Source: the human T2T-CHM13v2.0 reference genome, Homo sapiens
Strand: one strand, 5' to 3'
DNA length: 64,000 nt
Assembly (NCBI RefSeq): GCF_009914755.1
Contig: NC_060926.1
Shown: in pieces, positions 12,597 to 28,985 of the stretch
Layout: each line of letters begins with the position of its first letter
How positions within the stretch are numbered: position 1 is the stretch's first letter
Notes under the pieces: generated by a model
What the model was told of the DNA's origin: nothing
Database searches by the model: none
Seen by the model: the letters and a program-made list of their open reading frames with translations, nothing else
Program-made: the position numbers and the translations under genes

Positions 12597-12722
12597 GTCT
12601 GTTACTCTGTCTAAATATGTTCTTCTTCTTTAATTTCACTGTCTTATTTAATTACTATTACTCTAAGGTACATATGCTTTTTTGGGCTGCTCCAATAAAA
12701 TTTCTTTCAATATTCCACTACC

Positions 12723-13162
12723 TGTTTGTATTAGGGTTCTCTAGAGGGACAGAGCTAATTGGATGGTTGGATGGATGGATGAGATGGATGGATGGATGCT
12801 TATTAAGTATTACCTTACACGATCACTAGGCCATCTGCAGACTGAGGAGCAACGAGAGCCAGTCCAAGTTCCAAAACTGAAGAACTAGGAGTCTGATGTT
12901 CAAGGGCAGGAAGCATCCAGCACAGGAGAAAGATGTAGGTTGGGAGGCTAGGCCAGTCTCGCCTTTTCAGGTTTTTCTGCCTGCTTTATATTCGCTGGCA
13001 GCTGATTAGATGGCACCTACCAGGTTAAGGGTGGGTCTGCCTTCCCCAGCCCACTGACTCAAATGTTAATCTCCTTTGGCAACACCCTCACAGACAACAC
13101 TCAGGATTAATACTTTGCATCCTTTAATCCAATCAAGTTGACACCCAGTATTAACCATCACA
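12723..13162 (-). mobile_element. MLT2-type ERVL solo LTR with (TGGA)n
   Basis: tgtattagggttctctagagggacaga...caagttgacacccagtattaaccatcaca. Confidence 0.85.
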
Positions 13163-14081
13163 CTGTCCAAATGGAAAAATTATTAAACAAATCTTTTTTA
13201 AAATAAAATGCTAGCTCTTGCCCTAGGCTTGAACCATAAATAAGTGGTGGGAAGTTTATAGTCACAAATAGGTGGTGGGTATTAGAAAGCAGGATAAACT
13301 ATCCTCTCACCCTTCCAAGAAACTGACAGTTTCAGTTTATTCCTCTTGATGAAGTAATGCTAAATTTTTGTAGTGATGTTTTGGTATATTTTATTACCTG
13401 TAATTAATATTACTGTTCAAAATTTAGGGGGAATCTGTCATCTTCCTGAAACTTCAGAATCACCTGGAGTAAGGGTCATTTGTATTCATGGTCACTGACC
13501 ACATGGGGTAGAAACTGCAAGTCATGGTTCCTTCAGGCAAAGTTAATAGTGGTGACACGGAGGCATCATGATAGAGCAGCAGACTCCAGAAGCCAATTTG
13601 ACTTTGTGATTTCTGAAAAAATTACCTGTCAACTGTGAGCCTGTTTCATCGTCTGTAAAGTTTGAATAATGATACCTACCCCGCCTGATAGAAGATTCTT
13701 ATGAGGGAACATGATACGTGACCAGTAAATGTTAATGCTTTCCTTATACGTGAAATGACATAAAATCTTGGAATATTAATAGATGGGAAGAAGATGTGTA
13801 ATAAAACTGTCTATAAACACAATTCTGACAAATTTCAGAACTGGGACTCATAGGGCTTGTATTCAGTTAGATTACATGCTTTACAACAGAGATACTGTTT
13901 TATTTGTGTCACCTACAACATATAATCTGTTGATTGAGGTATGTTGAATAGATGAATGGCAAAGAAAGCAGACCTATAAAATATCACATAGTAAGATATT
14001 TATATTTAGATTTTTCTTATTTAGAATCTTCATCTGTAATGTATGATTTTGAAAATTAATTCTTGGAACAACATGTTGCAG

Positions 14082-14221
14082 AGCCTCCATTATGGCATGC
14101 TGAATTTACCAAAGAAGAATTGGTTCAGAAGCTCAGTTCCACCACAAAAAGTGCAGATCAGTTAAACGGCCTGCTTCGGGAAACAGAGGCAACCAGTGCA
14201 GTCCTTATGGAGCAAATTAAG
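14082..14221 (+). CDS. RGPD1: RGPD exon, GCC2-derived coiled coil EPPLWHAEFTKEELVQKL...VLMEQIK
   Basis: ttgcag|AG acceptor, AAG|gtgag donor, 140 nt, phase 1 to 0; overlaps ORF 14063-14248. Confidence 0.95.
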
Positions 14222-14376
14222 GTGAGATCAGAAACCTGGCCACTGTGAAAACCGCCAGTTTGGTTTTCTGGACCCTCCATACACATGCACCCAAGTTTAA
14301 AAATTCACATTGCAGATGCATCTATAACGTCTTGATCTTTATATTAGATTATTAGATTCCTGATGGTGAGAAATAA

Positions 14377-14690
<314 letters not shown>

Positions 14691-15454
14691 AAAATACTTC
14701 TTTTACACCTATTACATAAAGATTATTTCTTAATTCCTACTTTTCCTAAGAAACCGTAATAGATTTAGAAACTAGAGAGATGTTCACAAATCATTGTTCA
14801 CATATGCTTAAATAAAAAATGGGTGTGAGTCTTTGAATTCTAAAGATAACCAGTGAATTTAAATTATTCAACTGATATTTATAGTACTGAACTACTAAAC
14901 AGTTTTCAGGTGGAGATGGCAAAGTGGCATGGGAAGTTTTTCCTGTTTAAAGTAGACACCAGAAACATCTAGGAATGTTGCAGAACAGTTGAGGATTACT
15001 CAAATGAGGTATTTCCACCCTGGCTCACTGATAAATCACCCCTCAGAATATAGTCATACTGCTTATTGAGGAGTTCTTATGACCCAGGCCCTGGGCTCTA
15101 CATACATTATTTAATCTCATCACTGGTTGAGAGAAAAATTGAAGCTGGTAAATGGTGGAACAAAATTCAAACTCATAGCTGTCTGAAAAGTACATGCTTT
15201 TCCCCTGTACTTTGCTGTTCCTAGTAGATCTGTCCTGCCACTGTGCAAGGCCACTAGCTATCCTTGTCAGATTATTTTAAAGCCGAATTCAGTTATTTTC
15301 AGTAAATTGTATATATCATGACATTCCACCATTAAATACTTCAGTATGCATCTCTATAAAATAACATTTTCCCACTAATAAAAACATTATCATAGCTAAC
15401 AAATCACTAACTAGCCCAGTAAACCTAAATGACTTATTTAAATGTTATATTTTC

Positions 15455-15852
<398 letters not shown>

Positions 15853-16807
15853 TAACTTTCTTGCCTAACCTAAAATGAAAATATACTAAAAGCTATGGCT
15901 TGGTTTCAACCTGGAAATCTTCCTCAAAGACTTGAACATGATACTACCTTTTTTATATCGTTCTTTGCCTCATTTCTCTGATAGTGTTTTACATTGTCTT
16001 ATATTCCTGAATTTTCACTGTGTCTGAACTTTTTAAGTGCCGTTCACTGTGGACGTCTTAACTGCCTGGGACTTCAGGAACAGCGTAGGGGCAGGGGGTT
16101 AGTGGAGGCTACCGATGTTCCCCTCAGCCCATTTTCAGAGCCCCATGCCATACTGGCTTAGTTTCTATCGAAAGTAGAAGGCAGAGGGAACATCTTGGTA
16201 CCAACCCATGGCTCCAGTTAGTTGCTCCTCATGGAGACGTTCCATCAGTTCCCCAGCTTTCAACTCCATTTCCATGATACCCTGTGCTTCTGAGACAAGA
16301 ACTCCAGTATTTACACAGGATGCATCCTCTCCTCTTGTCAGTGATACTTGGTAAGCTGCTGGACTGACTCATTTCCACCTCTTCATCTGTTTCTCGTGAG
16401 AATGTCTTGACGTTATCTCATCTACTTTTTCTCCTCTTGTATTAGCTTGTTGCTTTTCTACTTCACCCCTCTTCCTTCCAACCCCAAATAGCTTAGGACA
16501 ATGGAGTCATATAGCCCAACACTTGGTTCATATGCAGCAATCCACTTTCTAGGCAAATGCAGCTTTGAAACTATCTCATAGTTGGAGTTCCGGTTTTCAT
16601 GTCAAATGGATTTTATACGGTGATGTCATAAACTCCTTTGAAATGCTTCACATGCAGCTGCTGTAGTTAACTGAATTCCTTCCTTTATTGCCATATGGAG
16701 GGAAGGGGGAAATTTGGGGGGAAGAGAAGAAAAATACATGAGTTCAGTCTGCCATATTTAATCAGAAGCTCCTAAAGCCCATTTTTAACTCATTTCTCTA
16801 ACACCAG

Positions 16808-17003
16808 CTTCTCAAAAGTGAAATAAGAAGATTGGAAAGGAATCAAGAGGAGTCTGCAGCTAACGTGGAACACTTGAAGAACGTCTTGCTGCAGTTCATT
16901 TTCTTGAAGCCAGGTAGTGAGAGAGAGAGCCTTCTTCCTGTTATAAATACGATGTTGCAGCTCAGCCCTGAAGAAAAGGGAAAACTTGCTGCGGTTGCTC
17001 AAG
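16808..17003 (+). CDS. RGPD1: RGPD exon encoding the GRIP domain (LLKSEIRRLERNQEESAANVEHLKNVLLQFIFLKPGSERESLLPVINTMLQLSPEEKGKLAAVAQ)
   Basis: caccag|CTT acceptor, CAAG|gtggg donor; GCC2 GRIP homology. Confidence 0.95.
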
Positions 17004-17478
17004 GTGGGTAAAAGGAGAGTCTCAGAACTTCTGACTTCTAACTTAAACTAAACAGCCTGGTGGTTGAGAAGTTGTCTGTATGTGTAACTTTTCAATTTTG
17101 CTCATTTGAATTGGGTCTGTCAGATGAGTAGGCCGTGACTAGATTTGAAAAGCTGACTTTTTAACATCTTGAGGCAACTGTAGTACATTTATATAATTTT
17201 AACGTTCAGCAAAATACAATAAGTGCTTAGCTTGATCTTCTAGCTCTTTGAAAATTGGATTTTTATCCTGGTGTTGAGTTCTGGTGTTCAGCTGAATGTG
17301 GTTTTGTTTTAAATTCTACTTTTTAAAAAACATTTATTAGCTTGTTCCTTTTCTACTTCACCCCTCTTCCTTCCTCCAACCCCAAATAGCCTAAGACAGT
17401 GGAGTCATATAGCCCAACACTTGGTCTATATACAGCAGTCCACTTTCTAGGCAAATGCAGTTTTAAAACTGTGCCATA

Positions 17479-17781
17479 GGCCAGGCACTGGTGGTTCATG
17501 CCTATAATCCCACCACTTTGGGAGGCTGAGGCAGGCGGATCACAAGATCAAGATACTGAGACCATCCTGGCCAACATGGTGAAATCTCGTCTCTACTAAA
17601 AATACAAAAATTAGCTGGACGTGGTGGCATGTGCCTGTAGTCCCAGCTACTCAGGAGGCTGAGGCAGGAGAGTCGCTTGAACTCACGAGGTGGAGGTTGC
17701 AGTGATCTGTCACGCCACTGTACTCCAGCCTGACGGCAGAGCGAGACTCCATCTCAAAAACAAAAAACAAACAAAAAAAAA
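17479..17781 (+). mobile_element. Alu
   Basis: Full dimer plus A-tail. Confidence 0.92.
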
Positions 17782-18225
17782 CTATGATGTAGTTAGAGTT
17801 GGTTTCCATGTCAGATGGATTTAATACTGTGATGTCATTAACTTCTTTGAAATGCTTCATATACAACTGCTATAGTTAACTGAATTCAAGCTGCATCTTA
17901 AGAATTATGGTTTCATTTTTGTTTTAGTTTTAAATTACTTTTATTTTTGACATTTACAAGCACAAGGAAGACGCTATAATCTCTCTTGAGTTGTCACCCA
18001 TCTCTAACGGTTTTCAACTCATGGACAATCTTTTGGCGTAAATAGGGGAGAGTTAGAGACTTAAATCCCACACATCATTTCTTTCCCCAGTGAATAATTC
18101 AATGTTTATTGGATTTCTCTGTCACCTATACCTAGTTTATGTTCATTTTGCCTGTGTTATTGTGAATGTCTTTTTATAGTATCCTAAATAGGGCTCATAT
18201 ATTGCATTTGGTTGATGTTCCTTAA

Positions 18226-18529
<304 letters not shown>

Positions 18530-19888
18530 TTTTGTTTTTTTTATCTATAACAATTACATATATAAATATATTTTTAATGTGCCACTTATTAATTGAAGAA
18601 AGTGGTCATTTATGCTATAGCAGTCCTATATTTGGTTTTTAATCATTACAGGGTAACACTGAGCTTGTTCTAATTGCCTATAAATAGGAAGATCCAGGTG
18701 CAATTGGGTGGGATGGTGGACAAAAATACACCATAGATGGTATTGTGTGCTTTCTAAGACATCAGGAGGCCCAGAATGTCCAGACATCTTACTTTTGACT
18801 TATTGACCTTATCTAGTTGGTGCTCTTTAACATGTTCCCCATCCCCTGTAAATCCTAATAACTAAACTGATAAGAGTCATCCTCAAAATTGAGCAGGCAT
18901 CTGAATCATCTGGTATACTTACTAAAATTCCAATTGCTGGTCCCCAATTTCTGACCCAAGATTCTGCATTTTTAGCAATTCGTTGCTGATACTTCTGGTC
19001 TGGGGCCCATACCTTGAGAATCCCTGGTCTAGAGGCCTGATAAGATTCAGGCTTAATTTTTTTTACAGACATACTTCATAAGTAGTATTGATAGTTTCTT
19101 TGAATCTGGTTTTTAATAATCTTTCTAATGATGAAGGAGGAATGTTCTCAATACTGACAGTAATCTCAGTTCTTCAAACTATAGGATAGGTTTCTATAGC
19201 CACAATAGTATTTTTGTCACAAGGGCCCAAATAAGAATACATCATGTATATTTTTAGTAGTTATTCAAATTACAAGTTCACTGTCTTTAATTTATTCTAA
19301 CAAAAGTAAACCTAATTTTATAGTTATAAAAAAGAAGAAATCTACTTCTAGTCACCTAAGAGTAAAACTGCCCCTATAAAAAACAAGACAGAAATCTCAA
19401 AATTATAACTAATTTTATAGTTATAAAATTAACCAGGACTTTAAGAATGTTTGCATTTTAAAATTAAAGTTTTCAATACAACAATGATATTATCTCAAAA
19501 TACTCAGCATGTCTAACAGGTCTCTTTTAAAAGCTCAGTATGTTTAATGTAGACGTTGCTAACGTCCAGGTGGCTCCTATAAGTTAAGGGTCCATTGATT
19601 TAGAAGTTCTAAAAGAGACTAACCTAAGGGATACCAAGAACAGATATTTTTAAAGAATTTCATAGAGGAGATACACATTAGAAACCCAGAACTCTAAGAT
19701 GTGCATTTGGTAAGTCCTGTAAACAGACAGGAAAACACATTTAAATTAGTTTGCCCTTTAAAGATTATTTCCTACTTGTCTCTTATCAATGTGAGTACAT
19801 AAAAGAGACCTTATTACAATTAAAAACAATGATGGTTTAGCAGCAGATTTAGATACCTTACATTTTCTCTTTAAGAGAGAGAATGTAA

Positions 19889-20420
<532 letters not shown>

Positions 20421-21077
20421 TTAAAAAAAAAAGAAGAAATCTACTTCTAGTCACATAAGAGTAAAACTGCCCCTAAAAAAGACAGAGAGAAATCTCAAAA
20501 GCAGCCAGAGAAAGAAGACACATTGCCTCACAATAGACTTCTCAACAGCATTGGTGTAATACTATCTCATGTACTAAAAGAAATAACTGCCAACCTTTTA
20601 TATTTTCCAAGATCTCTTCTGGAAAACAAAAACTTTAAGAATCTGCCTTCAGTGAAAATTCTTAATGATGTACTTCAAGCAAAAAGAAAATTTCCTAGGT
20701 AAAAGTTCTAAGATGCCAGAAAGAAAGACATGCAAAGGAAACTTACCACCATATTACAGATATGGACTGTCAGTCTGACTGGTCACACTAGGGGCATTTG
20801 GTTACCAAGGCCTTGAAAATAATAACCAACACTGCATACATGAGGGATGCCAGAAGAAAGGTCTGAGAGCCACTCTTCCTGGCACTGAAGGAAACAGGGC
20901 CCATCAGAGCAAACAAGTATCTTTTACCTCTCTCCTTGGAAGCAAATGTTTATAATCTCTGGTTTTGTGTAAAGTTTATAACAGTATTTTTCATTCAGGT
21001 TGCTACCTATTAGTGGATGGTGAAATTAATTTGGTGGATCACATTCAGAATATTTTTTTAAAATCAAAAGAATACAA

Positions 21078-21382
21078 GCTGGGCTCAGTGACTCACAGCT
21101 GTAAGCCCAAAAGTTTGGGAAGACCAGGCAGGAGGATTGCTTGAGAACAGGAGTTCAGAATCAGCGTGGGCAACATGGCGAGACCCTATGTCTACAAAAA
21201 TTTTAAAATATACCAGATCTGGTGGCATGTGCCCATAGTCCTAGCTACTCGGGAGGCTAAGGCAGCAGGATTCTTTGTTATAAGGAGTTTGAGGCTGCAG
21301 TCAAACTTCTGGTCGAAATCCTGGTCATGCCACTGCATTTCAGCCTGGGCAACAGAGTAAAACCCCATCTTTAAAAAAAAAA
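21078..21382 (+). mobile_element. Alu (old, J-like)
   Basis: Diverged dimer. Confidence 0.85.
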
Positions 21383-21999
21383 TTAAGAAATAAAAATAAT
21401 ATGTGAAACATTAGAATATGTTGAATCTAGTAAGGATAAGCAATTATTTCTTGAAACTCTACATATATACATGAGTGTTGGTAAATACCTGACTGTATCA
21501 TCAGCTCTAGATATAAAATGTTTATGATGTTGGCTGTGAGTTAATGAGGAATAGTTTTCCTTTCTGTGGGTTTGGGTGTATTTGGGAAACATTAGCTAAG
21601 GGGGTAAAGTAGGTTACCCAACTCTGAAAAGCAGCATCAAAATCTTTATAATAAACACATACTAGGGGCCCAACTTAAATTTCAAGCAGATGTCATGAGC
21701 TGCTCAGAGTAGCATGTTACAACTCTGTGTTATAAGGTAAAATGACACATTGCCTCACAATAGCCTGCCAGATCTGAGAACACAGCAAAATTTTTATTTT
21801 GTCAAAAATCTCATATTCAGCTTACACCATTCATTTCAGGTGAACATACAACAGTGCATTTCAGTTTAGGGAAATGTTTACAGTCATCTGGTTCTCTTTA
21901 TTCCTGGGAACAAGGTTACCTCACTTGGAACACATAACCAGTGCCAAGTTGTCCATCCCTAAGCAATATTGCTTCCTTCTACTTTCTAGAAGTTCTTCA

Positions 22000-22490
22000 G
22001 ATTGTGGAAGAGAAACTTTTCAGAGTTCTTTGCCCTCATTCCCTCCTCCAGAAATTCATGCCTTTGTATAATCTCTTCCCCCTGAGAGCCAGTAGGCTAA
22101 CCTAATGAGTTATTTTTAACCAGTAGAATACAGCAAAAATGATAGATTACAAGAGATTGTGGCTTCTATCTTGCTAGCGGACTCTCTCTGTCTTCTCTGC
22201 TTGCACACTTTGTTGAAGCAAGCTACCATCCCAGAGGCAAGGAACACAGGCCATCAGTTTAGCAGCCTTGAGGAACTAAATTCTTCCAACTACCACATAA
22301 GTTTGGAAGTAGATTCTTCTCCAGTCCAGCCTTCAGATGAGACCCCAGCCATGCCAACATCTTGATTGCAGCCCTGTGAGAGACCTTGAAATAGAACCAT
22401 TTCTGATCTCCTGACCCACAGAAACTGTGAAATAAATATGTGTTAAGGTACTAAGTTTGTAGTAATTTGTTACACAGCAGATTGTAAATA
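22000..22490 (+). mobile_element. MLT1-type MaLR LTR
   Basis: ccttcagatgaga...cccacagaaactgtgaaataa...gtaatttgttacacagca. Confidence 0.7.
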
Positions 22491-22659
22491 ACACGTAGAT
22501 AAAACCAGACAGAACAGAAAAATAAAATGGCTTTAAACCTAGAAAGTTTCCCCATGTAAAATTTTGAAAATGCTACTCTGCCTAAGGTCAAACCGTCATA
22601 CATATATACGTATGAAAACACAGAAAGGTGTCTGGAAGGGTAATACCAAATTAAATCTT

Positions 22660-23250
22660 TATCCAAGAGGAATGAAAACCAGTATTCACACAAAAACCTA
22701 TGCACAAACCTTGTGAATATATTAAAAACCAGTGACTTATGCACTTTAAAAAGGTGAATTATGTGGTATATGAATTATATCTCCAAAACATTTAATTAAA
22801 AACCTGTACACAATTATTCATAGAAACTTTCTTTAAAATTGCTAAAAACGAGGAAGATCTCAGTTATCCTTCAACTGGCAAATGAATAAACAAACTGGTA
22901 CAGCCATGCAATTGAATACTGCTCAGCAATAAAAAAGAATGCACTGCCAGTACAGCAACATGGATAATTCTCAAATGCATTATGCCAGTTGACAGAGGTC
23001 AGACTCAAAATACTATGTACAGTGTGATTCTACTTATATGACACTGAAAAAAGCAGTACTATAAGGACAGAAAACAGGTTAGTGGTTGCCAAGGAGTGGG
23101 AGAAGCAGCCAGGGAGAACTTTGAGGAGGTAAAAATGTGCCAGGCCTTGGTCGGTGGTGGTACATAACTGTGCATTTGTCAAGACTCAGTGCTATACGCT
23201 GAAAAGGGCAGGTTTTACTATAAGTTGTACCTCAATAAACATGATTTTTA
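22660..23250 (+). mobile_element. Old L1 (L1M) 3' end
   Basis: L1M 3' UTR motifs (cagcaataaaaaagaatg, gttagtggttgcc, cctcaataaa). Confidence 0.75.
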
Positions 23251-23748
23251 AATGATTAAAACTTTGGTTTTTGTTTGTTTTGGTTCAGTTTTAAGGTTTA
23301 CCATAAATCTATTGGTTTTAGATTCTAAGTTGTATATAAGCTTCTGTTTTAAAAGAACGTTTTTTTAAAATCCTCTTATCATCAACAATATTTAGTTGTG
23401 CTGGAAATTTTATTTTGGAATTGTTTAATAGAGAAAGACAATAAATAATGTTCAAGAACAGACATTGATTCATAACATCAAAGTATATTGTGAGAAGATG
23501 GTATTTCAGAATAGAGGAAGAATTTCGTATGTGCTGGTAAGATTGTAGATAATCATTTCTGCATAATTTTCATAGCTGGATTGCTTTAATAAAGCCACTT
23601 AAAGGTTAAGTTCTAGATTGCTTCATGTTGCTTATCAATGTTTTAAAGCTAAAATAGAAAATTAGCTGTTAAGTTGGCTCAACCGGAAATTCAGTATATC
23701 CTTTAAAAAGAGAAATTTAGTAAGCAGTGTGTCTAAAGAATGACATAT

Positions 23749-23992
23749 GGTTGGGTACAGTGGCTCGTGACTGTAATCCCAACACTGTGAGGCTGAAGTG
23801 GGAGGATCACTTAAGCCCAGGAATTTGAGACCAGCCTGGAAAACAGCCCAGCCCAGCCCATGCCTGGCTAATTTTTTTTTTTTTTTGGATTTTAGTAGAG
23901 ACAAGGTTTCACCATGTTGCCCAGCTGGTCTTGAACTCCTGAGTGCAGGCAATCCACCCACCTCACCCTCCCAAAGTACTAGGATTACAGGT
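23749..23992. mobile_element. Two partial Alus in inverted orientation joined by (CAGCC)3
   Basis: Sense left arm 23749-23843; antisense left arm 23859-23992. Confidence 0.8.
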
Positions 23993-24774
23993 ATTTGGTT
24001 TTTTGTTTGGTTTTCAAGCAACCTTTCTCAATTTTGCTATGCTCACTCTTTCTTCACATGTTGGTACTGGCTAGATACAGATTTTGCTTTCCTATTGGAG
24101 ACTCTTTTGAGAGCTGGCTATTCCCTCTTGCTCCTTTTCTTTTTTCTCTTCCCTACTTTCAAGTTTCTTGCTCTTTTTCTTACCCCATAAGTTACCAGAA
24201 ATTCATACCCCCTTGAGAGGGCTTTTTCTTTGAACTTCAGTCTTTAGTTTCATCAACTTTTCTAAGGAAATTGATCTGTTAATGAAAGTTGGCTTGCTTG
24301 ACTTCAGAATATCTGTATTATTCAATGATGTGTTTTTCTGGTTGCTTTGTTTGAGCATAGTGTAAATATCACCCATTGCATAGCTATGGCAGTGACATAA
24401 ATCTAGCAGCGTAAGATCGAGAAAAGCTAGAAGTCCCACCACAGATTGTATTTCAGTGAAAGGGATTCATTTTAACTGCTTATAAAACTAAAGAAAACTT
24501 ATAAACATGGAAAACAATTATTAAACCCACCATATGCTCATACTGATATTAAATGGTGTGCCAGATTCTAGAAAGAGTTACCTTTTGGTAAGAGCACTGC
24601 TTGTTAACTATGGTTGGTTGCTTTAGATGTCTAGTGTGTACACAAAAGCATGAATTTTATTCCTTATAACCAAAGTAGAAACCTACTCTGAGCAATTTGA
24701 CAAAAGGTTTACATTATTTATTTTAGTGTAGTTTAAGATTACAGTAAGATGCAATTCCCAAAGAGTGAAATATA

Positions 24775-25049
24775 AGGCTAGGCATGGTGGATCACGCCTG
24801 TAATCCTAACACTTTGGGAGGCTGAGGCAGGTGGATCACAGGAGTTCGAGACCAGCCTGGCCAACATGACGAAACCCCATCTCTACTAAAAATACAACAA
24901 TTAGCCAGATGTGGTGGTGCCCACCTGTAATCCCAGCTACTAGGGAGGCTGAGGCAGGAGAATCCCTTGAACCTGGGGGGGTGGAGGCTGGAGTGAGCTG
25001 AGATCATGCCATTGCACTCCAGCCTGGGCACACTCTCAAAAAAAAAAAA
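24775..25049 (+). mobile_element. Alu
   Basis: Dimer plus A-tail. Confidence 0.9.
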
Positions 25050-25687
25050 GTGCAATATAACTTTTCACAAAATATGGAACTGTGGTAGTCTAGAACAATG
25101 TCTCAATATACCTCCTACACGAAGTATAATAGTAAATATCTGTATTTGGTGGCATAATATGCTCTTAGTATAAACCAAAAACACATGCTGAGCATTGGAC
25201 ATTGTCCAATGTTTAATTCATATGATTCATTCTGAGTTTCTGACTGAGATCATTCTTTCAGACTTTGTGTATTTCTCCTGGGATCCATAAAATATGCAGC
25301 CCTAACATGATTTCATTTTTGTTTCCTTTCCTGGAAAAGGAGAAATCATTCAGATCAGCTTTCATATTGCCTTATAGACGATGACTTCAAAATAGTTTTA
25401 AAGGGACTCCTTTGTTCTAGAACTGCTCTAACACAGTAGCCACTAGCCACATGTGGCTATTGAAAGATTGAAATGTGGTTATTCCAAATCAGGATGTACA
25501 GTAAATATAAAATACACACCAGATTTCAAAGGCTTACATGAAAAAAGTAATGTGAAATATCTCACTAGTAGTTTTTATAGTGATTACATGTTGAAATTTT
25601 AACATTGTGAACATATTAGTTTAAATAAAATGTATTGTGAAAATTAATTTCATGTTTCTATTTACTTTTGATAAAAGTACTACTAGA

Positions 25688-26000
<313 letters not shown>

Positions 26001-26359
26001 TTACTTGTAGTGATCTCATTTGTAACACATTACATTTCAATCGTATACTGCTTTTCTAAAGAGTCACTGCTAAGCCCTGAAATTAACTCCAAATACCTCC
26101 CTGGGATACAGTGCCAAGGAAGGGGCTTCCTTGAACTTCAACCTCTAAAAGTAAGCAAGAATTGAGAAATATCTTCTGCTTTGAAAAATATTCACTCCCC
26201 AACGCTAATACATCAATTACATATTATTTGGGGGCTAACTAAGCTCCTATTTTAAAATGTAAACTGAAGAAATCAGGCCAGAGTCATTCCCATCTTAGTG
26301 CCAATCATATAATCAGATAATTAGATTGCTCTTTCCCTAAAGCCTGTTTAGTTTTTTTG

Positions 26360-26886
<527 letters not shown>

Positions 26887-27519
26887 CGCTAAGGCCTTTT
26901 GCCAAGACAAATTAGCTCTTAGAGAACCACAGGATTCCTTTTGTAATGTATTACAAACTAAAGTCTTACCTACTCTTGAAGAGTAGAAAACATGGAAAAG
27001 TTCTATGTTAGCCCTTAGAATAATTAAAAATTCATAAGCTCTGAAATAAAGACAGGTAATAAAATCATTGCGTATGACAAAACAAAAGTTTAAATTGGCG
27101 TTTGTAAACTCTGCATGAAAGCCAGGTTTCTCACTACTAGAAAAAAAGTTATAAATAAGCCAAGGAGAATTCCAGAATGAATCCTGTGGTGCCAAATATA
27201 TGTTAACTACAAGGAATAACAGTGACCTTACACTGGAAACACCTTAACCATGGGCCAAGGTTAAAGATATAACAGCATTCTCACACCCCTTGCATAGCTA
27301 CCCCCAATGTTAACATAACTGTTAACAAATTATCAAAACTAAGAAATTCGTCTTGGTATAGTATCACTAACTAAACTCCAGACCTCAGTCAGGTTTTCCC
27401 AGTCTTTCCTTCAGTGTCCTTCCTCTGTTTCAGGATTCAATCCATGATCCTTGACACTTGGTACTTTGTCAGATGTCCCGCTGTATGGGTTTGTTTGATG
27501 TTTTCCCATGATTAGGGAT

Positions 27520-28985
<1,466 letters not shown>

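Larger units (their letters stand above)
16440..17887 (+). repeat. ~240-bp diverged direct repeat (16440-16678; 17336-17478 plus 17778-17887) flanking the GRIP exon
   Basis: tattagcttgtt...gttaactgaattc occurs twice; the second copy is split by an Alu. Confidence 0.88.
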
